Assembly (NCBI GenBank): GCA_044440125.1
Contig: JBITAJ010000029.1
Coordinates: forward strand, 1 to 64,000
Length of the DNA: 64,000 nucleotides
Direction of reading: 5' to 3'
Origin: Sedimentisphaeraceae bacterium JB056
GTDB taxonomy: Bacteria; Planctomycetota; Phycisphaerae; Sedimentisphaerales; Sedimentisphaeraceae
Part shown: piece by piece, positions 17,583-27,621 of the stretch
How positions within the stretch are numbered: position 1 is the first letter of the stretch
Layout: every line of letters starts with the position of its first letter
The notes under the pieces: generated by a model
What the model saw: the letters and a program-made list of their open reading frames with translations, nothing else
Told to the model about the DNA's origin: nothing
Databases searched by the model: none
Program-made: the position numbers and the translations under genes

Positions 17583-20468
17583 TTATATCACCTTCCACTT
17601 TACCGTGAAAAGCTGCGTTGTTTTTGTTTTCTGCTGCATACGTTTTTCAAGGGCATCTATAAGGTTATCACGTTTTTGGGCTATCTGATCTTCAAGGTCG
17701 AATATATTCTGCCTCAGTCGTCGTTTTTTTCTTTCAAGCTCCGCTATTTTTTCCTGCAGCTCTTTTTGCTCAGCCATTGTCGGTGCCTGACGGCTTTGCC
17801 GCTGGAATGCCCGTATCTGCTTTTTCATATCGTCAAGCTGTTTCTGGAGGGCGAGCTCCTTGTCGTCTGCCCATTTATCGAGTTGGTCTCTTGCCTCGAT
17901 AAAATGAGCGTTGTTTTGCTCAAGGTTGGCCGCGATGGTAGCCTGAATATATCTTTGCGAATCTTCGTCAAGGCGTTTGAGTATGGCATTGTCAGGTAAA
18001 ATCAATTTAGCCTCTTTTGCCGGGTAACTGAAAAATTTTTCTACCGTTTCCTGATCAATATTTTTGCCGCTTTGGTCAAAAGCACTGAACAGCAGGTAAT
18101 CCTGTTTCTCAAACGATTCTATCTCAAGCTTTATCAGCCTGAGCCAACCAGATTTGCCCTTGAGCTTTTCGACTACCGATATTTTAGCTTCATAGGAGCC
18201 GGTGTCAAATATAAGCTCCGCCGTGTTGCAGGGCAATTGTTTGCATTGGTCGATGATGTATTCGCCAAGCGGGTGGCTGAGACGGTAAAGGAAGCTGGAG
18301 CCGACGTTTTCTCTGTTAGCTTCTTTTGATATCAAATGATAACGGCCTCTCGGAAAGCGGCTTTCAGGGGGGATTTGGAGGTCAAAAAACAGGTTTCTGT
18401 CGTCAAAAACACCTTTGTTCTTGAGAAATATCTTTGTCAATCTCCAGAACATTGCCGCGATCTTATCGAGCCTTTGTTTTGTGCCTTTTAGATTGACCTT
18501 GAGCCGGTCATGCACATCTTCATCAAAATTCTCAAGCAGCTTTTTGCGGGTATCCGACATTCTAAGGCTTATTTCATCTTCCAGTTCTTTTTGAAGCAAG
18601 TCAAAAGCCAGCTCGATCTCTTCTTCACTTCTGCACTGCTGATATATCTCAAGTATTCGGCGTTCAAAATCTACTCCTGATTCTATGGCTCCGAGAACTT
18701 CGTCGGAGGCACCGAATACGCCGGTAAAGAGATTGAATTTATACTTGAGAAGCTCATATACCCTCCTGTCAGCTTCATTTCTCTCGTTGAGGAAATTGAT
18801 CACTACAACATCGTGTTTTTGGCCGTATCGGTGGCATCTGCCGATACGCTGTTCGATCCTTTGAGGGTTCCAGGGTAAGTCGTAATTAATCACAAGTGAG
18901 CAAAATTGAAGATTAATTCCTTCCGCCGCGGCCTCTGTAGCAATCAATACACCATCGCTCTGCTTGAATTTATCTGTAATAGCCGTGCGAATATCTATCG
19001 CCCGTGAACCCGATATTCGCCCCGTCTCCTGATTTTCTTCGAGCCAATTCTTATATATTTGCGTTGTAAGTTGATCTCTGTTTGTACCGTTAAAGGTATA
19101 GACTTTGCCCATATAGCCATTGGATTCAAGGTGATTTCGCAGGTATTCCTGGCTTCTGCGGGATTCTGTAAAAACCACAGCCTTTTTTGCCGCACCCATT
19201 TTAGCCATCTCATCAAAACCCACTTCCAGGGCTTTTAACAGTGAACGCGTTTTGGTGTCAACACCAATACTTCTTGTCCACCTGATGTAATCGCCAAGTT
19301 CAGCTATCTCTTTATCAAGTTTTCGAGGATCTATATTTTCAGTTTCCAGTTGATTTTCGGGATATTCAGTATCAGAAATACTGTCTTCCTGATCTTCTAA
19401 AATTTCGTCTAATAGATCTTCGTCGAGTTCCTCATCAAGGATTATTCTGTCAAGAGCCTTGGAGTTTTTGCGGAAGTCTGCTCGCAAGCGTATTAGACGC
19501 TCTTTGATAGTCTCTAATGTGCCTGCCACAGCATATGGCGATGATGCCAAAACTTTTCTTACTATCAGAGTGATCAAATGTCTTTGACCCGAAGGTAAGG
19601 CGTAATTGTCTTTTCGCTGCAAATAATCTGAGACATACTTGTAAAGTTTATATTCCTGTTCGCTTGGCTTGAAGGGCCTCGTTATAAGCTTTCTTTCAGT
19701 ATAACGGGTAAAACTGGCCACATCTTTACGCAAACTCCTCCAGCATATGCTCCTGAAACGGTCTCTTAAGTCGTCCAGATCACTGCTGACCGTAGTATAT
19801 TGGCTTCGAAAAGAAGCCAGATCGCCAAAAAGATTTTCGTCAATCAATGTTGAAAGTCCGTATAATTCCAACAATGAGTTTTGAAGAGGAGTTGCTGTAA
19901 GAAGCATCTTTTTGCGTCCATTTGTTGCCCGGCGTATGCTCTGTCCGATCCTGTTGCTGTTTCTGTAAGCGTTTCTAAGCTTATGAGCTTCATCTATGAC
20001 AACCATATCCCAAGGGATTTGCTGGATAAAATCGGCATTGGAAGCTGCAAAATGCATAGAGCAGATTATGATCTTGTCAGTATCAAAAGGGTTAATTATT
20101 CCAGAATTAATAGCTTTTCTTGCGATTTTAGAATCCAGAATAATTGAAGGTAAGTTGAACTTTTCGTTCAGTTCCAAACCCCATTGTTTACGAAGTGATG
20201 CAGGCGATATCACAAGTATTTTTCTGCGATGCTCCGCCCAATACTGACAAAGCACTAAACCAGCTTCTATTGTCTTACCAAGGCCAACCTCGTCAGCAAG
20301 CATTACTCCCTGTGAAACTGGTGAATGCAACGCAAATAGTGATGCCTCTATCTGATGCGGATTGAGCTCAACACAGGCGTTGAAAAGAGCCTGATCCAAT
20401 CGCCCTCCGCCAGTACCTCCAGTAAGACTAAGCTGATGAGCAAAATATTTAGCATGGTAATCCGTCAT
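17583..20468 (-). CDS. SNF2-family helicase with C-terminal coiled coil
   Basis: ADEVGLGKT, DEAH, LTATP, YDLPWNP..EQRIGR.HRYGQ. Confidence 0.92.
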   Translation of the reverse strand: MTDYHAKYFAHQLSLTGGTGGGRLDQALFNACVELNPHQIEASLFALHSPVSQGVMLADEVGLGKTIEAGLVLCQYWAEHRRKILVISPASLRKQWGLELNEKFNLPSIILDSKIARKAINSGIINPFDTDKIIICSMHFAASNADFIQQIPWDMVVIDEAHKLRNAYRNSNRIGQSIRRATNGRKKMLLTATPLQNSLLELYGLSTLIDENLFGDLASFRSQYTTVSSDLDDLRDRFRSICWRSLRKDVASFTRYTERKLITRPFKPSEQEYKLYKYVSDYLQRKDNYALPSGQRHLITLIVRKVLASSPYAVAGTLETIKERLIRLRADFRKNSKALDRIILDEELDEDLLDEILEDQEDSISDTEYPENQLETENIDPRKLDKEIAELGDYIRWTRSIGVDTKTRSLLKALEVGFDEMAKMGAAKKAVVFTESRRSQEYLRNHLESNGYMGKVYTFNGTNRDQLTTQIYKNWLEENQETGRISGSRAIDIRTAITDKFKQSDGVLIATEAAAEGINLQFCSLVINYDLPWNPQRIEQRIGRCHRYGQKHDVVVINFLNERNEADRRVYELLKYKFNLFTGVFGASDEVLGAIESGVDFERRILEIYQQCRSEEEIELAFDLLQKELEDEISLRMSDTRKKLLENFDEDVHDRLKVNLKGTKQRLDKIAAMFWRLTKIFLKNKGVFDDRNLFFDLQIPPESRFPRGRYHLISKEANRENVGSSFLYRLSHPLGEYIIDQCKQLPCNTAELIFDTGSYEAKISVVEKLKGKSGWLRLIKLEIESFEKQDYLLFSAFDQSGKNIDQETVEKFFSYPAKEAKLILPDNAILKRLDEDSQRYIQATIAANLEQNNAHFIEARDQLDKWADDKELALQKQLDDMKKQIRAFQRQSRQAPTMAEQKELQEKIAELERKKRRLRQNIFDLEDQIAQKRDNLIDALEKRMQQKTKTTQLFTVKWKVI

Positions 20469-20609
20469 AACCTTTAAAACGCCCTAAACAGTGTGAAATT
20501 TCCCAAAAACAGTCTTTCATTATACATGCAACAAACAATAATTCAATATTTGATGAAGATTTTATAAGTATTTAAAGTAGCAATTAGTTATACGTTACTT
20601 TAAAAGATG

Positions 20610-20999
20610 TCAAATAAGGTTCTCTATTAGTTTCCTTTGCTTTTGCCAATCTGGCTCAAGTGCTATTTTCTGTAAGACTCGAACGGTAATTTCATCGCGT
20701 CCTTTGACTGTTTGCGGCAGATAAAGCAACTGTTCCTGAATATCAGGGGCAAGAAGAGTAAGATTCATAATTTGAGTCATTCTTGCCCTTGTAACCCGGC
20801 ATTCTCTGGCAAGCTGGGCAAGGTCAGACGCTTGTCCGTTTCTAATCATATGCTCAAATTCTATAGCCAAAGCCATGAGTTTGCTTACTCTCTGCAGTTT
20901 ACCGGCAGGACGTTTGCGAGATGTGCCTGATTTAATAATCTGCTTGGTTTTAGGATTTCGCTGAATGTGAAACTTACGACTTACAGTGAAAGCTTTCAT
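20610..20999 (-). CDS. Recombinase-associated HTH protein
   Basis: LA...VTRARMTQIMNLTLLAPDIQE motif typical of genes downstream of DUF2924-linked recombinases. Confidence 0.75.
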   Translation of the reverse strand: MKAFTVSRKFHIQRNPKTKQIIKSGTSRKRPAGKLQRVSKLMALAIEFEHMIRNGQASDLAQLARECRVTRARMTQIMNLTLLAPDIQEQLLYLPQTVKGRDEITVRVLQKIALEPDWQKQRKLIENLI

Positions 21000-22486
21000 G
21001 CTTGTCTCCCTGAGATTTGTTTTAATCCTTCAGGATAAAACACTATATCAATATTGTTACCCGGTCCATCAAAATCTATTCGTTTTATTAGCAGTCCAAG
21101 CATCTGCCATTGCTGCTGGATTGATAGCGTTGTCCATACCGGGTCAAATTTACGGCATGCCGTACGAATATCCTCGCTACTGATTTCTGTTTTCTCCAGC
21201 TCTTTAATTTTTGCAAAAGACTCTTCTATTCTTTGCTCGCAGAGCAGTATCATTTCACCAATGGCAGCTAACTGGCTTGGCTCAGATTGTTTTAACAACC
21301 TCTGTTTTAAGCTCTTAAGCTCATTTTTATCCGTTTTAATTCTTTCCTTAGCTGCAGCAATATCAGATTCTATACTCTTTGATATATTGGCAGTAACCAG
21401 TTCAATTAGCTCATCATCAAGTCCAATATCCTTGATTTCATTGATAACAAAGTCCTCAATCTGCTCTGCTGGTAATGATGGATGAGGACAGCTTGCCCAT
21501 CCTTTTGATTGTGCATTGCGGCAGATATAGTATCTGTATCTGCGATTTTCTTTCTTTGTGAAAGAATGGGTCATAGTTGATCTGCAGTGAACGCATCTTA
21601 AAAGTCCTTTTAGAATGCCGCCGTTCTTATTTGGTTCTCGATTTAAGCTGCCAGAACTTTTGCTTAATTTTCTGCCAACTTCTTCAAAGAGTGCGGAATC
21701 TATAATTCCCTGATGCTCACCGTTAAAAAGGCTTTCTTTGTATCGTACTTTGCCAACATAAAGCGGGTTTGTGAGCAGGCAGCGAAGTGTATTCTTGTTA
21801 AATTCCTTGCCCTTTTGCAGAATGCCTTTTTTCGTTACCCAGGTTTTATTGTGGATGCCAAGTTCATCAAGTTTTTTAATTGTAGACACAAGACCTCCTG
21901 TTTGGAGGTAGGTATTAAAAATCTTCCTGACTGTTTCTGCTTCATTACTATTGATTTTCAATTTAGAGTTCTCTATGTCATAGCCGAGTACAGGTCTTCC
22001 CCCTGTATATTTACCTCGTCTTCTGGCCATAGCTATCTTATCACGAGTCCTTTCAGAGATCACTTCCCGCTCAAACTGGGCAAAAGACAGCAGGACGTTC
22101 AGTGTAAGTCTGCCCATACTGGTTGCAGAATTAAACTGCTGGGTTACGCTTACAAACGATACATCTTGCTTTTCAAATCTCTCAAGTATTTTAGTGAAAT
22201 CAAGCAAACTTCGGCTAAGCCTGTCAACCTTATAAACCACAACACAATCGATTCTTTTATTATCTACATCGTCAAGCAGTCGCTTCAAGGCTGGTCTGTC
22301 CATGTTACCGCCAGTAAAACCGCCATCATCATAATATTCAGGCAGGCATTTCCAGCCTTGTGATTTCTGGCTGGTAATATAACTTTCTGCAGCTTCTCTT
22401 TGTGCATCAAGGGAGTTGAATTCCTGATTCAATCCTTCTTCTGTAGATTTGCGAGTATATACTGCACATCTGACTTCTTTTTTCAT
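20996..22486 (-). CDS. Large serine recombinase (integrase)
   Basis: YTRKST catalytic Ser, DRPAL, VYKVDRLSRS, recombinase domain, Zn ribbon CxxC...YYIC. Confidence 0.95.
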   Translation of the reverse strand: MKKEVRCAVYTRKSTEEGLNQEFNSLDAQREAAESYITSQKSQGWKCLPEYYDDGGFTGGNMDRPALKRLLDDVDNKRIDCVVVYKVDRLSRSLLDFTKILERFEKQDVSFVSVTQQFNSATSMGRLTLNVLLSFAQFEREVISERTRDKIAMARRRGKYTGGRPVLGYDIENSKLKINSNEAETVRKIFNTYLQTGGLVSTIKKLDELGIHNKTWVTKKGILQKGKEFNKNTLRCLLTNPLYVGKVRYKESLFNGEHQGIIDSALFEEVGRKLSKSSGSLNREPNKNGGILKGLLRCVHCRSTMTHSFTKKENRRYRYYICRNAQSKGWASCPHPSLPAEQIEDFVINEIKDIGLDDELIELVTANISKSIESDIAAAKERIKTDKNELKSLKQRLLKQSEPSQLAAIGEMILLCEQRIEESFAKIKELEKTEISSEDIRTACRKFDPVWTTLSIQQQWQMLGLLIKRIDFDGPGNNIDIVFYPEGLKQISGRQA

Positions 22487-22971
22487 GCTGATTTGCCTCC
22501 GGTTTTATTAAGACCGAAAAACAACTTGCCACTTGTATGTGAGCCGGTTACCTCTTTAGCAACTGCCGTCAGACTGCGATAAAGCCTTCCTTCATACCTA
22601 ATCCCATTATCAACGATAGTTACGACAATCCTACGACCCTTATAAATTCTTTCAAGCTGGATTCCTAAAGGCAGGCTGGATGGCTTAGAATCGTAAATTT
22701 GAGAAATGTCTTTTTTGACAACCTGCAGGGGTTCTTGAGGTGTTGTTAGTCTTACATCAATAAGATTTGCCATTCGTTTTGCTTTATCTCTTGCTCTGCA
22801 TGAAAGGCCTCCAAACTCTTTTGCCTGCATTCCCCACAATATTCGTTTGATAAGATATTGCTTATGCCTTGAAGTGGAGAGCTCTTCATAGACCTCCTCG
22901 TAAACATCCCTAAGCTCCTCAAGGCTCATCTCCATGAGCCGGTTATGTGTTTGCTGAATAGTTTCTGTCAT
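22483..22971 (-). CDS. DUF2924 family protein
   Basis: GGLS, L.R.YKG, Y.SLTAVAKEVTGSH.SG..FFGL; RBS AGGAG before ATG 22971. Confidence 0.85.
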   Translation of the reverse strand: MTETIQQTHNRLMEMSLEELRDVYEEVYEELSTSRHKQYLIKRILWGMQAKEFGGLSCRARDKAKRMANLIDVRLTTPQEPLQVVKKDISQIYDSKPSSLPLGIQLERIYKGRRIVVTIVDNGIRYEGRLYRSLTAVAKEVTGSHTSGKLFFGLNKTGGKSA

Positions 22972-23051
22972 ACGTAAAAACTCCTGTTTAAACCTGAAAA
23001 AAGTCAATTTTACTACTGTCTATTAATCACTATTTAGGCTTAAACATCCAG

Positions 23052-23189
23052 TTAACTCTTGGAAGATTTAGAGAGTTTTTGACTATTTTTTGAACTGTTA
23101 AAATGGTTCTTAAGAGCCTTAGTAAGTATTGCAGCAAGCAGCTCTTTGCGACTTTTTGAAGACTTAACAACAGAAGCAGACTGAAGCAT
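23052..23189 (-). CDS. 45-aa small protein (MLQSASVVKSSKSRKELLAAILTKALKNHF...) leading the recombinase operon
   Basis: Strong RBS AGAGGAG 4 nt before ATG; lies between the putative promoter and DUF2924; not in the ORF track. Confidence 0.45.
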   Translation of the reverse strand: MLQSASVVKSSKSRKELLAAILTKALKNHFNSSKNSQKLSKSSKS

Positions 23190-23242
23190 TTTACTCCTCT
23201 AATGAAAACTTGAACTTTGAGAAATGTGCGATCCATTGATAC

Positions 23243-23272
23243 ATATATACCTGATTTTTCCGAAAAGTGTCA
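23243..23272 (-). promoter_or_regulatory. Second copy of the putative element-specific promoter, TGACAC-N15-GGTATATAT
   Basis: Matches 3028-3057. Confidence 0.55.
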
Positions 23273-23543
23273 ACTCGGGGTCCGGTCATGCTTTCTGTTA
23301 ACACGGTGAATTGGCTGAGCCTTATATAGAAACAAAGAGAGAAAAATAGAGAGGTTTTTTAATTTTGTCTCAGAGACATTCAGAGAGATTTGAGACAACT
23401 GGACTGATTATTGGGGTAAATTGGGAGACTTTGTCTTACTAAACGGTTAACAAAGGAAGGCAATGAGGAAATGACACATAACACCTTAAGTGTCGGTGAT
23501 ATCGTTGTTTAGAACCATTGATTAGTTCTGTATCTACAGATAC

Positions 23544-23575
23544 AAAAAAAGCCCCGTATCTTTTCGATACGGGGC
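23544..23575 (-). terminator. Rho-independent terminator of tRNA-Asn
   Basis: GCCCCGTATC-GAAAA-GATACGGGGC followed by T7. Confidence 0.85.
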
Positions 23576-23582
23576 TATCAGG

Positions 23583-23655
23583 CTCCTCGAGTAGGACTCG
23601 AACCTACAACCTAGCGGTTAACAGCCGCTCGCTCTACCGATTGAGCTATCGAGGA
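23583..23655 (-). tRNA. tRNA-Asn(GTT), CCA not encoded
   Basis: TCCTCGATAGCTCAATCGGTAGAGCGAGCGGCTGTTAACCGCTAGGTTGTAGGTTCGAGTCCTACTCGAGGAG folds as a cloverleaf. Confidence 0.97.
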
Positions 23656-23771
23656 ATCGGTTGCGGGATTGCTCCCTGCAAGGTGCGTTATAATAGCAAT
23701 TTGAGCTATAATGTCAAGCTTAGAAAAACAAAAAAACAAAAAAAACTGCCACTTTATATGGTATGCCGGTT

Positions 23772-25571
23772 TTAACGCTTGCTTGCGACGTATATCGCTT
23801 GTGTAGCCAGTGCGTTAGGTGCGATAGCTGACACGATCTTGCCGTTTCTTCCCAGCGGTATTTTTTTCTCTATCTTTGCGTCGAGTTTGTGGCAGAATTT
23901 CTCAAAATCCCGCAGTGAAAGAAAATGGATATTCGGGGAATTATACCACCCGAATGGCAACTGTCTTGTTACCGGTGCGACTCCGTTAAACATGATCTGC
24001 AGTCTGCATCTGTAGTATGCAAAGTTAGGGAAGCTTATAATGATCCTCTTTCCTACTCTCAGCATTTCCTTAAATGCCGCCTCAGGATCTTTCAACGTCT
24101 GAAGTGTCTGTGAGAGCAAGACATAGTCGAAGCTGTCGTCAGCATACATGGCCAAACCTCTTTCAACATCACGATGCAATACCGCCAGGCCTGGAGCCAG
24201 GCATTTTGCGGCGTTTTCAATGTCAAATTCGATTCCTCGTGCGATGATATCCTTGTCATTTTTTAGCCGTGCAAGCAGCTCGCCGTCTCCACAGCCTACA
24301 TCAAGCACCTTTGAGCGGCCTTCAATGACCGCTTCTATCAAGTCGTAGTCGCTTCTGGTTTTCTGCGTGCATTGGGTTGGTATCGCCTTATTTTTATTCG
24401 AGGCTTCGTTTCTGCCGCCTTTTTTCTGCGAATAAGTAGCTTCAATAAAGTTGGATACTATCGGTCCCAGCTTGTCTGATTCGATCAGGAAGGCATCGTG
24501 GCCGTAATTTGATTCGATATTAAAGTAGCTCACATCTTTGCCTATCCGCGACAGAGAATCCACGAGTTCTTCTGACTGCTTAGGAGTAAACAGCCAGTCA
24601 CTTGAAAAGCTTACCACCATAAAACGGCAGTTTGAATTCTCGAAAGCTTTTTCCAGTGAACTGTAATCCTTGGCCACATCATAATAGTCCATGGCTCTTG
24701 TGATATACAGGTAGCAGTTTGCGTCAAAACGTTCGACGAATCTGCGGCCTTGATGATCAAGATAGGTTTCCACTGAGAACTCAGGGTTGAAATCGAAGTT
24801 GTAATCGGAGCTTTCGCGTAAAGACCGGCCGAATTTGTTTCTCATTCCCTCTTCTGAAAGGTATGTTATGTGACCAATCATTCGGGCGATGCTCAGGCCT
24901 TTGTCCGGGCCTTGTCCTTCGTTGTACCTTCCCCCGTTGAATTGAGGGTCAGCGAGGATTGCGTTTCGTCCTACTGCATCAAAAGCTATCGACTGCGGGC
25001 TAAGGTGCGTAGTGGTGGCTATCAGTACCGCGGCTTTCACGAAGTCGGGATAGTCAATGGTCCACTGCATTGCATGCATACCGCCCATAGAGCCGCCTAC
25101 TACAGCCAGGAGTTGTTTGATGCCAAGCTTGTCAACCAGCAGCTTTTGAACCTTGACCATGTCGGCAATGGTGAACATTGGGAAATCCAATCCGTAAGGC
25201 TCCCCAGTGTCTGGGTTTATGCTTGATGGGCCTGTTGTACCCGAACAGCCGCCCAGTATATTTGAGCATACTACAAAGTATTTATCGGTATCAATATACT
25301 TGCCGGGGCCTACAAAATCGTTCCACCATCCGGGTTTTCTGTCGTCAAGACTGTTATAACCGGCGACATGTGCGTTTCCGGTGAGCGCATGGCATATATA
25401 GATAGCGTTGTCCCCGGCGGCGTTGAGTGTGCCGTAGGTTTCGTATGCTACCTCTATCGGGCCTAATTTCTTGCCGCATTGTAATAAGAGCGGGTTGTCG
25501 GCCTCGACAACAGTTGTATTTTGTGTTTCTACAAGACCAACTGAATCATTTAATCTGATTTCGTCTACCAT
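23772..25571 (-). CDS. metX: Homoserine O-acetyltransferase fused to a MetW-like methyltransferase domain
   Basis: CHALTG, GGSMGG, GHDAFL; C-terminal LDVGCGDG, LSQTLQ, SFPNFA, WYNSPNIH. Confidence 0.92.
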   Translation of the reverse strand: MVDEIRLNDSVGLVETQNTTVVEADNPLLLQCGKKLGPIEVAYETYGTLNAAGDNAIYICHALTGNAHVAGYNSLDDRKPGWWNDFVGPGKYIDTDKYFVVCSNILGGCSGTTGPSSINPDTGEPYGLDFPMFTIADMVKVQKLLVDKLGIKQLLAVVGGSMGGMHAMQWTIDYPDFVKAAVLIATTTHLSPQSIAFDAVGRNAILADPQFNGGRYNEGQGPDKGLSIARMIGHITYLSEEGMRNKFGRSLRESSDYNFDFNPEFSVETYLDHQGRRFVERFDANCYLYITRAMDYYDVAKDYSSLEKAFENSNCRFMVVSFSSDWLFTPKQSEELVDSLSRIGKDVSYFNIESNYGHDAFLIESDKLGPIVSNFIEATYSQKKGGRNEASNKNKAIPTQCTQKTRSDYDLIEAVIEGRSKVLDVGCGDGELLARLKNDKDIIARGIEFDIENAAKCLAPGLAVLHRDVERGLAMYADDSFDYVLLSQTLQTLKDPEAAFKEMLRVGKRIIISFPNFAYYRCRLQIMFNGVAPVTRQLPFGWYNSPNIHFLSLRDFEKFCHKLDAKIEKKIPLGRNGKIVSAIAPNALATQAIYVASKR

Positions 25572-26171
25572 TCCAATTAATATATTGAAACCGCCATAAA
25601 AGTAAAGAATATTAATATATAAACCGGTTATCGAGTTTAAACCCGACTAAACCAATAAGTATAATACAAATAAATAGTTTTTTAAATCGTAATATTTGTA
25701 TTGACAGGCATCAACTTTACGTTAGAATACTAATATATTAAGTGGCAACTACCGGGCAATCCGGTTTTACACTCTTACCCGTAGCCGCTACCACACACAG
25801 CGGCTACACGAAAATAATACTTACTGAGGAGTTGGTAAGTTTTTGATAGATATTGGTTTGTACAACTTTTGCAGGTTCCGTAATATAATCAACGGACCGT
25901 CAAGGCTCATGTGGAGCAGCTGGCTCGGTTTTGACGGCATTTCGCCTTTTGTCCGAATATTTCTTTATCCAAGAAACTTTTCCAATTTGATATCGCATGC
26001 TTGAAAACAAAGGAGTTTGTTGATATTATATGTCGGCAGTCAACTTCAAACGGGCTTTTTTTATGTTTTAACCATAGGTTATTATTGATGTTGGAGTTTG
26101 ATGTTGCTTTTGCAGGTTTTGTAACTTGCAATGATCAAAAAAGCCTTTCTGACATATAAAAGGAATTGATA

Positions 26172-26846
26172 ATGAGTCAAATTGATGTGCCGATTGAAGA
26201 GACATGGCGTATATTCAGGATTATGGCAGAATTTGTCGAGGGATTTGAAGAGCTTGCCCATATAGGACCGGCTGTTTCTATGTTCGGGTCTGCAAGGACT
26301 AAGCCTGATGATAAGTATTACGAGCTGGCTTACGAAACTTCAAAGCTTCTTTCAAAGGCGGGTTTTGGTATTATAACCGGCGGTGGCGGCGGTATAATGG
26401 AAGCAGCCAATAAAGGCGCTTCTGAAGTAGGCGGCAAAAGTGTAGGATTGAATATTGAGTTGCCAATGGAGCAAAAGCCCAATGATTTCCAGAATCAGTC
26501 GCTTCATTTCCGTTATTTTTTCTGCCGTAAAGTTATGTTCCTTAAATATGCAAGTGGCTTTGTTGCGTTGCCTGGCGGTTTTGGTACGATGGATGAGGTT
26601 TTTGAAGCTCTCGTTCTAATACAGACTTATAAGCAAGCGTATTTCCCTGTTGTTCTAATGGGTAAAGAATTCTGGTCGGAAATGCTTGAATGGATTAGCA
26701 AGCGTATGTGCGAGCAGTTTGGCTATGTCACTGAAGAGGATAGGGATTTTATGGACCTGACAGATGACCCTGAAGAAGCTGTGAAGATAATGGTTGATTT
26801 TCATAGAAAGCATGGTTCAGGCCCGCTCAAGCCTCAGAGGCAATAG
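26172..26846 (+). CDS. LOG family protein (TIGR00730)
   Basis: FGSAR, TGGGGGIMEAAN, PGGFGTMDE. Confidence 0.92.
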   Translation: MSQIDVPIEETWRIFRIMAEFVEGFEELAHIGPAVSMFGSARTKPDDKYYELAYETSKLLSKAGFGIITGGGGGIMEAANKGASEVGGKSVGLNIELPMEQKPNDFQNQSLHFRYFFCRKVMFLKYASGFVALPGGFGTMDEVFEALVLIQTYKQAYFPVVLMGKEFWSEMLEWISKRMCEQFGYVTEEDRDFMDLTDDPEEAVKIMVDFHRKHGSGPLKPQRQ

Positions 26847-27001
26847 AAGTGCTGATTGCTGATTGGTACGTTAAAAGAATAATTAGTGAAATATTTATAT
26901 GAATTTAATGAAAATTCAAAAAATATCGAATATTGACCGAACAAAATCAGCAATTTGGCATATATATATGTGAACAAACAATACAGCTTTCATAACACAA
27001 T

Positions 27002-27347
27002 GAGCTGGGAAGGGTCTAAATAAAACTGAATACGGGAATGATATATTAAAAGCCAGAGGGGCTTTTATACGGCTTTCAGAATAGAGGCCGTGGAAAGTTT
27101 GCCGAATCGCCCTTTCAGACTTGCGACATTCCGCAGATTTCCAAGCTGGCCTCTCAAAGCTGATTAATAAAGCTAAAAACGACACAACACCAACACTAAG
27201 ACAATACAACCAGACAGTAAACTAAAACAACTCCAACCAAAATAACTTACGAAAAGGGCGGTGTTTTCTCCTTACACCGTCCGATCTTTTGAAAAAAACT
27301 ATAATACCTCCTTTCTTATTCCCGTATTCAGTTTTCCTTTCCAGCTC
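27002..27347 (+). ncRNA. Candidate ~350-nt structured non-coding RNA
   Basis: Closing stems of 12 and 18 bp, three internal hairpins with plus-strand G-U pairs, ~80-nt A/C-rich loop. Confidence 0.55.
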
Positions 27348-27621
27348 GCTCCTTTTTAAAACAATCCAGATTTTTTTCTTTTTTGCTATATGACCAAATA
27401 GTTTGCGGGAGCATATAGTGATCCAAAGCTCTTATTTGCCGTGACGAATAGTCCTTCAGGTATTAAAAAAATCTCCAATCCTTTAAATGGGCTTTCAAAA
27501 TCGATGTTTTTTTGTAAAATGTTTGGTTTATTGGAATTTTTACAATTATTATGCCCATGCAGATAGTCTTAATACGACATTTGCGGGTATTTTGAAATTT
27601 TAAGCTGAATTGGAATATCTG

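Larger units (their letters stand above)
1..23500. mobile_element. Right-hand part of an integrated phage-like element/genomic island next to tRNA-Asn; left end lies outside the window, right boundary approximate
   Basis: Phage-type recombination genes, repressor, sigma-like gene, defence cargo and a serine recombinase + DUF2924 module, ending ~550 bp before a tRNA terminator; housekeeping genes follow. Confidence 0.8.

Noticed and set aside
23030..23236. 68-aa ORF from the track
   Set aside because: No clear RBS; the alternative frame 23189-23052 has a strong one
23500..23655. att site formed by duplication of the tRNA 3' end
   Set aside because: No second copy in the window; the other element end is outside, so the site cannot be defined
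26916..27209. 97-aa minus-strand ORF, or a retron/T-box reading of the structured region
   Set aside because: No protein motifs, no reverse transcriptase nearby, no T-box consensus seen
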